Source: Catajapyx aquilonaris (lineage: Eukaryota). From it: a stretch of 46,069 nucleotides of DNA. Each line of letters starts with the position of its first letter. Within the stretch, counting starts at the first letter, position 1. This document shows positions 31,460-45,024 of this stretch, piece after piece. The position numbers were made by a program, and so were the translations under genes. The stretch is taken from NCBI GenBank assembly GCA_000934665.2, contig JYFJ02003133.1, positions 1-46,069 on the forward strand. Direction: 5' to 3'. Under the pieces are notes generated by a model. That model was not told the origin of the DNA. It was given only the letters and a program-made list of their open reading frames with translations, and made no database searches.

Positions 31460-34400
31460 ACAGGGGTTTGGGTGGGTGGGAGGGTGGGGGCATTGGGATG
31501 GAACAAATGTTCCTGAAATTTTTTGTTTTTTGTTGTTGTTGTCGTTTTTCTTGAGAAGACTGTGGGATGCCCCAGTGGATACACATTCTGACCAAGAGGA
31601 GAGCAGTCCAGCATTCATGTTCTGACCCCAATGGAAAACAACTTCCTATGTAGAATGCCATTTGCTGTGACCATATGAGCAACTTGATGTCCTGTGGCAC
31701 AGGTTCTGACATACATCCTGCCATATGGAGACCTCATATTGGTCATCTTTAGAATGCAATTTACCAGCTGACACGTTCTGCATTGGGAGCATGTTCTAAC
31801 ATGAGGAACAGGTTCTCATGTGAGGAATGTGTTGACATTTAGAACTAGGTCTAACATTGAGAGCAGCCCAAATGTCAGAGGGTTCAATTGGAAGCCAGCA
31901 TGGGACTGAATGAAACTGATCATCAAAGTGCAGACTGAGCAACAGACCCAGTGGATCAATAGTCAAAATGTGTGCCGAAAATTAACTGCTACAGATGAAG
32001 GACCAGGGGAACTGAATACAAGTGACAAAGGAAACAGAGGATCATTTGTTTCTCCGACTGAATCACTCTTGAGGTCAGTTTTTTTCTTAATCGTGAAGTA
32101 TCGAGACAGGTGCTTCCCTGTTTTTTACGTGGTTTTTCATATCATTAATTTTTTTGTGGTTCAGAAGAGGCTGTGATTTTGCATGCCCCAAAATACTCAA
32201 TTTAACACAAAAGTATGCTTAATATTTCCAATAAATCCTTATGCCCATTGCGAAGGTAATGCAGTAGAATTTCTACAACTGGCACACTGAACCTAGTGCA
32301 AGACATTCTGTCAGTCATGATCAATCGAGTCAATAATAATGAAAGCACCAGTGATGTTGCAGAGAGGAATAAAAGCACAGCCTCTTCTCCTTTTTTTCCC
32401 CTCCCCCCAAGATTTTGTTTAGGCTGATATCTTTGCTGGAAAGAGTTAATGCTTTTTTTTATATAAATTGGTGGACTAAAATCTCACTTCTTTACAGTTT
32501 GGAGGAATACAGATTACTATTATTTTTTATATAAATATAATAAGGTTAATTCTGGTCCAATATCGACCTGTCCGTAACCATCCCAATTGTTAAGTCTTAA
32601 TAAGACCGGAAATTAGGTGCACCGTGAAACAATTAGCCTACAATCATGTGTCGTTTAGTAAAGGAGATTTAAAAATAAAACGAAATAACTGGGAAGGCAC
32701 AAAAGACAAGAGAAGTAACTTACTCTAATGATATTTTAATAAGATCGCAATTTTCATCTCGCGTTTGAAAAGAAATACTGTAATGAGACAATTTTAAGAG
32801 AAAAATCTTTATTACTGTTTTTATATCTTGTAAATTAATAATATTCCTTGGTGAAAAATAATGTACGATTTTCATGTGGCATTTGTGACTTGTGCAAACT
32901 TTTTCTGAGCTAAGGTGTAAAGTTTGTGTCGACCAGACTAAATAGACGAGGTTTTTTTATGTGTGTTTTAAAAAGGTATTCTAATCTTAGATTTGATATC
33001 TTCGAAGAGGAAAGATGTAGGTCCTATTTTAGGTGTCTTGTAACATGAAAAGAAAAAATTTGTGGCAATGCTAGTTAACTACGAAAGGATTCGATTCACA
33101 ACACGTCTTTTTTACCCGATTGCAAATCACATTATAGGATGGGGAAAAAAAACTGAAATATGGATGTATTATATAGTACAAATGTCACTTTCTTGTAATG
33201 TTCCTGTGTGTCTGCCATCCATTTCATGGACGGTGTCTTAAGTGTTCGTTGGCCAAAACTGACCCCCTGACTGTGATCAAGGAGAGCTGAGTTTCCCTTT
33301 ATATATAATATATTTACAAAAAGATGAGAAGATGAGAATGGGTCCATATTCAGATATGCCACAGGTTGTGTAGCTTTATTTGAAAAGAAATGCAGTCGCC
33401 TGAACAAGAAATGTGTCAGTTCACTTCCCTGAAATGTGTGCTATAGGGTGTGGTACAGTCATCTGCAATAAGGTACTTTGCCAAGCTGAAATTTGCTTCC
33501 CCTTGTGTTTATCATGGCAAAAGGGCCTCTTGTAGAATAATTGTAACAGTCTTGACCAGGGTATCACTGGCAGCAACATATAGGCATTTAGATGGAGATC
33601 AGGGGTGATATAGAGTTCAGTCTTGTCCTTGTTTAGAGTTCATTAAGCCCAATTCACACTGGGGTACAGGCTGGTGACTCAATCTAAACAACCTGCATGC
33701 AGCCCTATAAGACTCCCATATAATTCTGAGACTGCTTCATGCTGTCCAGTGTGAATGGGGAGTAAGTAACATATTACAAGTTTTTGCTTTAGGCCCACAA
33801 CCTTGTAAAATATTGTGTCTTGATGGAAAAAGTTGTTTTTCTTCTGCTTGAACACAGGGAGATGCTGCAAAATAAGTCCGTTATATCATGCACCATTATA
33901 AACCTGAGTACTGTAACTGTAACGATATACTTTGATAAACTAAAGGAATAATATTTAGGTTTGTAAGTAAACTTGTGCTGGTGACTGTGAAGCAAGTTAG
34001 GTTGTCTGAGTGTTTCCTGCCTCTTGTTAATGTGCTGATGCTGGTTCCTTGGAAGTTCCAACTCATCCCCAGCTGAAGTTAATACTCACCACAATTATAT
34101 TTGAAAAATGCAGGGCAAGCTGGGCAGGAAGCACTTTAGAAAGAGGTGGATTAAAAACCAATAGGTTTTTTTGTAGAGCAGAATGAGAAACAAAGGAAGC
34201 ATCTATAGTACATATTATGGTTTTACTAATGCATATTCTCACATAATAAAGGATTGCAATATAAAAGGCCATTTGCAATAATGTTTGGTTGTATGCAATA
34301 AGTACACAACAATGCATTTTAATCCCATTTTGACATTAATAATTTCTGAACATATCTGAGTGGTGATGCTGCACTGTTTCCTATTGTGATTTACAAGAAC

Positions 34401-35236
34401 TAATCCATATCACGTAGCACACATCTCAACACAAGGTGAACAGATCTCCCAGAAGGAAAATAATCTAAATCTTAGTATAATTCGAAATAGCTGCAACAGA
34501 AATATACCTAGTTGCCAAGAACCATGCTTGAGTTTGCTTAGGTTTAAGGGTTTTTTTGTTGTTGTGTTGTTTTTTTTTGCTAGTATAGCAATTGCCATTC
34601 TTTTTACTCTTTTAGGAGATTTCTGTTTTGTACATATACTAAATGTGCATAGCTATTTACTCAATACCATATTCTAGTCGTGATGGGTAAAGTAATCCTG
34701 ACTGAGCAAATATTGTGACGTTTTTCTACATTATTTTGTTAGTGACAAAATGTGTGGTACTGTTAGGCCAGGAAATTTGACATTGCTATAAATTATTAAA
34801 ATCATCACTGCAATTATTATCTAGATGTGGCAGATTCTTTTTTGTGTGGTGATACATCAGGGTTTTTGACAATTGTTAAACAACCGAACGGGATTACTGA
34901 TGGAGATTATTACTGATATTATAGACCTAATATTTAGAATATACAGCCATATATTAAAGATATGGTGACTTTTAATGGGGTATTAAACATCCTTGACAAG
35001 TGTTTCTGAAAAAAAAAATCTGCATAGTTCCAAAAGTATATCAATTTCATGCAAATCGTGGTATGAGATACTGCAGTTCATGGAACTTTTTCCAGTTTGT
35101 CTTCATTAAGGTGCCATTAAGGCAGCCAACTCTCAAAGTGATCTGCATTGGCTAGTCATGTGTGGACAATTTGGTAATAAGTGAAACTGACATAGCCTAC
35201 TCAGAACAATTGCATTTGTGACATGTGCATTATTGT

Positions 35237-35902
35237 GGCAGGGTTTGGTATTTCAACCAGTTGAGCTTCAAAAGTCAGAGAAATTTCTGATATTGAATAT
35301 GTGATCAGTTTCAGTAACAAATGTAACATAAACATAAAATTTAAAGTCAGGGCTGTTTTTTTGTTTTTTTTGTTTTTGTTTTTTGTTTTTTGAGCTGTTG
35401 CCATGCATGTAGGACACATGCCACCACTGGTGGGAATATGACAAAAGGAGCAGATTTGGCGTCTCCTAGTGACCAACTTGGTGCTGTTCGAATTGTCGAA
35501 TTTTTGTGCCAAGCAGACCCTGTCCTAGATGCCAGGGGTCTTGGGAATGCAGGCAGGCAGGGATGATGGCAGGAGGCACAGAAGGGCCCTGTCACTCCCT
35601 TCCCACCCTCTCCTGCCCTCATGCCTCCCTGCCTTCCCAAGACCCCTGGCACCCAGGATGGGGTCAGCTCAAGGTGAAACCCGACAATTAGAACAGCACC
35701 AAGCTCTCCCCTGGTAGCTGCAGTGGATGTCACAGGGAACAATACTATCATATCTACTTGACATTGTCTCGCTAGGCAGGTTACAACTAACCTGGCAGCA
35801 TTAGCTAATGCGTCATCAAATTCCAAAACTGACCACACGTATAGTTTCCATTATTTTTTTCTGAACTTTGAGGCCCAGCTTGCTGAAATACCAAGCCATG
35901 CC
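35237..35902. repeat. Long imperfect foldback with a GC-rich central hairpin
   Basis: Nested pairings 35237-35283/35857-35902, 35478-35498/35683-35705 and 35530-35575/35611-35650. Confidence 0.75.
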
Positions 35903-38900
35903 TTTAGGCTACTGGTCTATCACGTGGTAACCAATTATTTGCATTATTGCTCTGCTGACTTTTTCAAAGGTTTTGCAGCAGTTTGAAAATTCAAATTATG
36001 AATGAAAACCTCCAAGCATCCAAACTCCTTTTCCTTTTTCAAATTTTTACGCAGAGATATCTTGCTCAAGGATGGAGTCTGTCTTGATGATTGCCTGTAA
36101 TTGCCTGTAATATGATAATTTATTGGTGTCCATTCTTTGGACACTCATTTTAGCGATTGATGAATATAAGCTCTTTACAAAAATTCCCTAATAAGATTGT
36201 GGTATCAGGCTAACAGTATTCCATTAAACTTCTTAGTGCTATCTGAAAGTTAGATAATGCTATTTTGCTGTTACTTACCACTTGCAGGTCACATTCAATT
36301 TTCTGTCGTTGTGATGTCTCAACAGTAATGTTTTTTTGTCGTCTTGCTTGACACTTTTAAAAAGCTAGTTGTCATATATGTAGCAAATGAGTGAATCCTT
36401 CCCAAGTGATGTACATTGTAACAGATGCCAATTTGGCCCTCACATAATGAATAAAACAGCTGAAATTTTCAAAGGGTATGGAACAGTGATTTCTTTTTAT
36501 AGTATTGGCCATGAGGACAGCTTTGTGAATCACTTTTGGCTTTATTCTGAAAGTTATATATATATAATACAATGTACTGTCACAGTTTGGGAGGCACTCA
36601 CAGTAAATTTCCATGTGTAGGGGAAAATATGACTACATTTGTTTTAGCGCATTTACATATGGGTCCAATGGGTAACTTGTGAGTGTGTGTCATCTAGGAA
36701 TTAGAATCGTGCCATTTTCTGGGCTTGAGTTATGGAAGGCCAACACCCAGTGCCAATGGCCAACTTGGCTGATTGCCAATTGGCAGTTGGCAGTCAGATT
36801 TGTAATACATTCTGCAGATTACTGTGATAAGGGGAAGTTAGGTGGACTTAAGTTGATGCTTTTGTTATGTACTGTTGCATTTTTTTTGTTTGTTTTGTTT
36901 CCTGCAATTCAAGACTGCTGCCTTGACTGCTGCATACAGTAGGATTTTTTTTTTTTTTTAAAATATATATAATGGATATGCTTGTGATATTGAAAGTGGT
37001 GTCATTGGCTCTAGTCTGCTGGATGTAAGACTAAAATTTTCTTCAACCTGATGGAAGATATGTGATTCTAAACTGATAGAGTTTATGTTTGGGTGGGTGG
37101 GTGGCTGCATGTATGCATGTGAAACTCATACAGTACATTTATGAAGAAAATAAGAAAAACAGCTGCATAAGACTGAGATGGAAACAGTTAAGGGTCTCAC
37201 TTCAGTAAGATTTAATCTGAATGCCCCATGGTAGTCGTGGTTTAATCTGCAGTAAGATATACCTGTATGGAATTGTACATAGAGTAGGATGGGAGATATG
37301 GTCAGAATCAGTAAAAGAATTTGACAGCATCACAAGTCACTTGATTTATTTGATGCGCTTAGCTGTTGTTGCTGCTGTTTCTTTGTTTATTTTTCAAGAG
37401 TGCCATATGATCATTGGCATGTGATTAGATATGTATATAACGAAACAAAGAATATTAAAAAAAAAACTCTTGAGGGTCCATTTAATCAAAGTTCCTAACC
37501 CATTGTGGGCTGTCAAAAAAAGATATAGCTATTTAGTCTGTTGTGCTGTGAATATTTTATGGAGAAAGGGAGGCACAATTTGTTCTCATGGTAAATTTCT
37601 CATCTGATGTTTCAACTCTATTTTGGTTCTGATCTCCAGGAAGAAGGAAAAAAGAGTATTGAGAGATGTAAGCTTGATTTATATGTGGACTGATTCTTAA
37701 GTCTCGTAGTTCCGGTCAATCACTTTTAGACTTGTAGTATGAGAGTGAAGCTGTTTTTCTGTCTTAATATTTTCTCCTATTGGCTATAATACAATAAGAC
37801 TGTTTTTATGTGTCATGGAAGACTTGATAGATGTGTGTAGCATTAGGTGCATGTCAAGGAGGAATCATGGTGTGGCAACTAGGTATTTGGAAATCCGCGT
37901 ATTCAATATTTTCTTTGGTTTTTGTTACTTTGCAATTGCAGGTTGTGTGTTTTTGAGCGCTGTGGACAAATCTTGAAAAGTGTCCCTCTGTGTTGCCGTT
38001 AAGCTTTTTTTGGGTGGAAAGTGGTAGTATTTTGGTGCCTTTCTCACATAATTATAACACACTACCTATGGAGTCATACAGCCAATGGGATTTGCGTAAG
38101 TAGTCTTGTCTGTGGCATATTTGAAGGTGGATCCCTCATTTTTGGTACTTGGAAACTTAACTTTTGATTTCATAAGCTGCTGTAAAGCAAAAGGAAGAGA
38201 AGAAGAGTAACCATTTAGGGAGCATGTGTAATTCTCATTTCTGGATTTTGAGAAATTAGTAAAATAATGAAAGAAAATTTTCTGAAAAATCACATTGGCC
38301 AAGAGAGGGAATGTTGTAGTTGAGCCTGGGAGTCGCAACTCGGAGTCAAAGCTCAATTTTTAAGCTTACGAAGACTATTATAGGTGGCCCTTGTAAATAG
38401 ATGTGTCCCCTAATCAGGTCGCTTAATCACAAAGGTTTTCTTTGGTGTCTTACCCATTCAATGTCACGAGTGGTGCTATGGGTATTCCACGTTATCCTAA
38501 ATTGACACACATAGTTTGAGATTTGTCATTTCTTGAAACTCAAACTTTTTTTTAAAACCCCTAATCCGTTTCATCGACTTCATGGAATGACAAAAGAGAG
38601 AAGGGAAAAAAAGATACAAGAATGTACCAAGATGTGCTGCCATTTCTGATTGCCTTACTTATACTGAAGATGTAGTGGAGAGAGTTGAGTGTTAGGATAT
38701 TCCATAGGCTGTTTCTTTCAAGTAAATTTTTTTCCTATATGGTATCCTTTCCTGCCTCCTCCCCACCCCATCCTAACCCACCAAGTGTCGAGTTTAACCA
38801 GTACTCTCAGAAGACGTTAAATTGACATGAATTTCTCTGAGATGGAACTATTTCCCTTAATTACCACTCAAGTTGCCAACGGAAAATACCTGACGATCAT

Positions 38901-41900
38901 CATGCCCTATGTCTCGTGTGTCTGGACTTCCTGTGTTTTGAACTTGTACAAGGAAATCAAATTTTTTCTTTAACTGTAATAATGTAACTTAAATAGTTTG
39001 GTTATAACTTTTTGATTCACTCCCATGTTTTGGTTTACATGTGTACATAACTATTTTTTCTGTTTATCTCATAGCCAATAGTATGTTGATCAATGACTGC
39101 ATTTCATGCACAAGGAAATTGCTGGTACAACATTTTGGCCTTTCAACTTGCCAAGTGACAACTTTGTTGAGAATTGGCAAAAATACCAGGCACCGTGTTT
39201 TCCACTTTTTTTGTTTGACATTCTACCCAGACAATATCATTAAGGACAATCAAGATTTGGGTTGGGAAGAAAAATTGCACATTTGCCTTTGTTGTATACA
39301 CTATCTACTGAAAGGCAGAAGGAAACCAGTGGTTCGTTTCAGTGGAATGCAGTCAGATGGTACTCTTTTGCCATACTTACAGTTTATACTCCATAGTACT
39401 TTTTTACAAGCAGTGTTTTGCAAGGATACTATTCGTACTTCTACATGAGCCATATACAAGGCTGTACAAGAAAAATCTCCGGTTTGTCTCTGTACACCAA
39501 TTATTTTCTCTTTGCTTTATACGGATATAAAGGAGCTTAGTTTTATCATAATAACTTTTTTTAGGGCATATAGTTATAATTTTTCATACTGTGTGGTGTT
39601 AACCAGGTTTTTTATACAGTCTATTCAAAGGTGAATAACTTTTAACAGTGAACAGGTGGAAAGAAAACATTTCTTATCTACTATATGGGTGCCAAAATTC
39701 TTTGGTACCAACTGGTTTATTTTTGTGTTGGTCCTCTCTAGATGCTGTTCTTCCACAAGACATACTTTGTGTCATTTTTTGTTGTTTTCTAAATCTATTA
39801 TTACTTGGAGTGTTGGTTGCTTGAATGAACCAATTCATTCCAGCGACTGGACTTTCCGTTGTGTCAGCTGGTTAATTTGGTGCTGGGTACTTGGACAATG
39901 ATTTTTAAGTCCATTTTTTTAAGTTGGTTTTTTTTTGTAATGGATGAAGTTCAGAGCCTTGCCTTGTCTTATACGCTGACTGTGATAATTTGCTTTATGC
40001 TTGTTTGATTGCTGGTTCTCTAGATGTTGGTTTATCGAGAGCACATTTTAAGCTGGCCATTTACTACACTGGGAAAAAAAAAATCCATATTACTCACCTA
40101 GCAGTCCACAATATTCACAGGTCCTTATTTCAATTCAGTTGACAGTCAGACAAGCAAGTGTGTATTATATGTGTATATATTTGTTCTTTTGATAATCAAA
40201 CTCATCAAAATGCATGTAAATGTTTTAAAAAGAGGCAAGCAAGGCTCTGAAATAAAAATTGTTTCTTTTGTACAGAAGTTTATAAGCACATGTATCACAA
40301 GTGCTGCCCCCAGCCTACCCTCTGTTTTCTTTTTTTTTTTTGTATTGGGAATATTTTAATGTATGCTTGATTTTTTTTTGATTTTTTTAATATAAATCTG
40401 TAAGGCAGCATCTGCGCCTTTTGTACAACACCAGTCATGCTGTCAACACACCCTTCCATGTTCATGCCCTTTTCATATTTCATTGAACAAATGGAATAAG
40501 TTCCTGTTCCAGTCAGTAGATACAAAGAGGGCAGTTTTAAATGTTTTCTGTCACATCATGCTGCCTTGGTCGTAACGCCCCTCACATTTTGAGTTTCTCT
40601 TCTAGAAAGGATTTTATGGGCCACTTTTGCAGGGACGCCATAATGGCTGCAGGGGACTTCGTATCCCAGCTTTTCTTTCCCTTTATGATCATTTTTCATC
40701 GTCCAAGTTCATGTTATTGAGCCTGTGACTTGCCTTGTGTCCTAATGAACAGACATGGCAGGCAATAGTCGATTTCTATTGAGGATTATGCATGTGTGCC
40801 AAACTGTGTTTGACTTTGCCAATATCTCATTGCATATTAGGCAAATGAAACTGTCACACGAGAATTAAGGTTCCAAATGTTTGTGTTTTTTTTTTCTTGT
40901 TTATCTTCGCTAGTGTACACGTACTAGTTGCCTGGAGTATTCAAGTCCAGTTTTCCTCCCAAGCGATAAGACTCTTACTACAAGGCAGTAATTCTTGTGT
41001 GACTAAATTATGAAAACAGACATCTACCATGACAGGTACAAAAAATTAATTAGTGTAGGTCACAAATATGCGAAAACTCTGCGCTGTCATCAGAATTTTT
41101 GGGAAAGAACATGATTGTCACCTATGATGAGAAAGTAAAGGAGTAAGCCTTGTAGCTTTGGTGGCAACTTGGTTAACAGCTTAATTTTTTCTGGAACATT
41201 CGTTACTGTTCAATTTGGTTTTTTGTATTAGTTATTGTTAACAGGTCCCACTTTTGGTTTGGGATAGAAAAAAAAATATTGTACCTGATGCTAGTCATGG
41301 ATCCCTGCTGAAAGGCCCATTTTTAAGCCATCTTTTAACCTCCCAAGAATCGTGTGGGCTCAACTCCTTCCACCTTATTATTATTATTTGTACTTCTTTT
41401 TTTAGAAAACAATTTTGAATCTTAGTGATAGTTGGTTTTTTTTACACTCCCATTCCTTGCTCCTGAATTAGTGAAGAGGGACTTGCCACAAAGGTACATA
41501 ACTTCCCTCCTCCCTTCGTCCCCATCTCTGTCATGTACAAATATAATGGACACAAAGGTAAATCCTAATGCAAAAAAAAGAAAAAAAAATCAATTGTAGC
41601 GACAAATGTGGCAGCTAATCAGGAGCAGTTGGCAAAATGGTTCCAAATGATAATTAACTAGAGGATGGCAGTGTCATAAACCACTGTCTGGGGCAAATGT
41701 CGCTGCAGTTTTATTTTCTTTCATACTTTTCATGGTCAAATTGTAATCTGTGTATTATAACCAAATTGTATGTTTGTAAAAAAAAAATATTTGTTTCCTT
41801 CCATATTCCTACCCCATTCCCAGTTCCTTCCTTTGGAAAAAAAAATTAATTACATGTTTGCTATTTTTCAGCTTTCTATGTAGTAAAATGCATGACATTG

Positions 41901-42323
41901 TGATGGGAAAGGAGCCCGATTAAATAGTAAATAATTGGTTGGTCATAGTTTAAAAAAGAAGGAGAAATAATATTTCAGATACGGTATCATTGTTCCCGGT
42001 TAGGGCTGCAAGTCGAAGGTTTGGTTTGTGCAAGAGTCAGTAGATATACTAGGTTAAGTTTTTTATTGTTTTTTTTTTTTTTTACTAATATTGGGACTGA
42101 CTTATGTACTACTACTGTAGGTGATATGTCTGTTTTTTTATATTTTTTGCTAATTTTTATGAGTACAACATCGCTTTTCCTACAGATGAAGATAGCATAA
42201 AAATCAGAAAGACTGTAAAGACTGGTCATACATTATTTTTCATCGCTGGTTCATCAAAAGCAGCCCTATTCCAAAATGTATAAAAAATAGTAAACGTGTG
42301 CATGTGCTTCTTCTTATGTTTCA

Positions 42324-42329
42324 AATAAA
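42324..42329 (+). promoter_or_regulatory. Candidate distal polyadenylation signal of the zinc-finger gene
   Basis: AATAAA with upstream TGTA and downstream GTTTTCTAGTGTTGTG, at the end of the U-rich tract. Confidence 0.4.
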
Positions 42330-43189
42330 GGGTGATGAATGTTTTCTAGTGTTGTGCAAACGTATGATTTATTTCTCAATCCTGACCATTTTTGTGCAAG
42401 TTCTTCAGAAGAGGTGGTATGAATGTCTCTCTCCAATAGGAAACAGTCCAGTTAGAAACTGCGATGGGTTGACCACATTGTACACTTCGCCATGTAATCA
42501 CGAGTTGGCTGCAAATACTTCCTTCAAGAAAATGAGTACTTGCAATGAGGTGGCAATGAGGCATGGCCAAGCCCTGGGAGGAGGCAATTTTAAGGCAAAG
42601 GGAGTTTTCCAAAAATGATATGAACTTACATCCATAAGGATGCTTGAAAATTCTGCTCTTATTTTTTCTGGTCCATGTTCTTTATCAAAGAATGAGACTG
42701 ATTCCTAATAATGCAAAAATATGCTTGAATTTCATTGTTGTCGGTTGTTTAAAAAACAACGGTTACATAGCCTACAGGGAATCAAAACGTTGCAGAGATT
42801 TACATAATCAGGCCATGTAGAGATAGCTCCCATAATTATTACGACCGTTTATTTTATGCCATTTCACATTAATGACCTTTGGAAAAGAAACATGTAACAC
42901 ATACCAGTGTCTATCATGATGCCTGTGACCCCAAAAATGCATTTGACTCTTCTTTTATTTTTATTTTAGTGGTGCATTGTGGGGTCTGTATGTATAAAGA
43001 GTTCCATATTGTTGGTCTCTGCACTGTCCAAAGTACTTTATCCGTTGTTATGCAGTTCTTGACAAAGAAGGGTACGGAAACCGATGACCATCAAGCTGAG
43101 ACCTCCCATTTAACCTGTGCATTTCATGTTTCAGATACTCACTTGTCAGTATTTTAAAAACATCAATATTAAATATCTACGGGGGAATA

Positions 43190-43474
43190 TCCTGTACTCC
43201 CGATTATCCGGGCTAATGGCTGCACGGGTGTCGCCGGATAATCGGGAAATAGTCCTAGACACAGTAAAATGAGCTATTCACAGATGTTTAATGAACGACT
43301 GTACTTTACATACTGTATTCTGCTTTAAATCAGATTTCATCAAAATAGAAACTTTTCCGTAGATTTTTAGTTTGTCTTACGGAAAAAGTATGTTATATTT
43401 CTTTGTGAGAAAAAGTGGTATTTTTTCGGACATTTCTTTGGTTTAGCCATGCACGGATAATCCGGAATACAGTG
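43190..43474. mobile_element. pogo/Tigger-like MITE
   Basis: TA-TCCTGTACTCCCGATTATCCGGGC...GCACGGATAATCCGGAATACAGTG-TA. Confidence 0.7.
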
Positions 43475-44737
43475 TATTTCTGAAATTTTGGAACCTATCC
43501 CATTCAATCATATACAATGCGTGGGTGACTCGCCCCATACACAAGTTGACTCATCACCAACGTGCATGTAGTACTACTTTTCCCCTGAGAGCAGAAGTAC
43601 TGTGCAGAGGGAGAACCTTTGCGCCAACTGGTAGTGAGTGACCTATCGTACTGCATCCAAGTGGGCGGGGGGAGGCTGTCTTGCAAAAAGGACAAGGCAA
43701 AAAATGTATGGGCGAGTGGCCTTCCGTTCGATTTGCCTGAAAATTGGATATGTTGCAGCCCAGACCATCCTGATCAATGTTGGATAGGGACATTTCGAGG
43801 TAGGACCTACAGGGAGCATGCTAATCGCTATTCATCGAAGAGGCTACTCAATACCATAGAAGACTGCTGTGAGAGAAACCTTCCTTACATTGACCCAATG
43901 AATGTTGAAGTGCAGCTGGAGGAAACTCCAGATGACAACCTTCAAAGAGTAGAATTTGAACCAGATGAATCTAATACATATTTTAAGACCTATATCTGTC
44001 TGTCTGTCTGTCACCTAAACAGATCCATACGGAGGCCTCCACATATGCCCCAGGGGTATCACCAGGGGTAGTTTTTTACCGGGAATAACATAGGCACATT
44101 GGAATTGACCTCCGAGGTCATCCTTGGCCACAGGAGGCGAAAAGGACTTTGGACGTTGGCCCCCTGTGTTCTAATAATGCTGTTCAGTTGCCCTGGAAAC
44201 CATGTTAAACCATGTCCCTCCCTCCCTCCCTCCCTCTCTCTCTCTCTCCATTCCTCCCTCCCCCCTGCCTCCTCCTCCTCCAGCACATCAGTGTCATTAC
44301 ATTTCTACGTGGTGGCTGTACTTTGGTCAGTGCTTTGCACTCACATTTGTTGCATACTTTTTTGTTCCAATTTAGAATTTAACACGCTGTTGCCTTGGTT
44401 ACGAGAATGTTATTGGTGTAATTATAGGTAATGCTCACGTTTTGTTCATAATTTAAAGAGTTCCATATCTTGATATCCTGGAATCTTATTCCATTTTTAT
44501 CCTAGACACGGTGGCACGGTCCACCTACGGCGGGGTCGGGGCAGGCCCAGGGTTCGAGCTGGTGTTTCAAATGTGCTGTGTGTAAGAATAGTAGACTAAT
44601 GGCGGTTGCGGTTTATTGTTTGCTCAGGCAGCCTGTCGGAATTTTCTTGGCGTACTTTTCCTGCCATACCTTTTCCTCTACGCATACTGTGTCATGTGCT
44701 TTTTGTCTTAATTCTCCTGTTCTGAACTGTGTTACGT

Positions 44738-45006
44738 TCTGTCATGTAGTATTCAATCGTTTTGCTTTTATTTGTTTTCTCCCTCTTTGTAAATTTTGGA
44801 CCTCCACATTCTCAATGTATATTCAAAAGTCGTTAAGGGATGTGGTTTAACGTTTTTAAGGTGTGGTATAAAGGTATAAGGTGTATAAGGTGTGGTATAA
44901 TGTGTATAATGGTCTACGTATAGGTACTGTGTCATGTAGTTTTCAATATTTTTTGCATTTGTTTGTTTTTTTTCACTTTGTAACGTTTCGACCTCCACAT
45001 TCTCAA
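44738..45006 (+). repeat. Two diverged direct repeats of about 80 bp upstream of the Helitron ORF
   Basis: TGTCATGTAGT...GACCTCCACATTCTCAA at 44738-44815 and 44927-45006. Confidence 0.7.
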
Positions 45007-45024
45007 CACCCCACCAACTTTAAG

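Noticed and set aside
31047..31625. Alternative-frame and antisense ORFs over the finger exon
   Set aside because: Shadow ORFs of GC-rich zinc-finger codons
32540..33125. Transposon within the putative 3' UTR
   Set aside because: Locally more CpG, but no TIR, TSD or coding similarity that I could support
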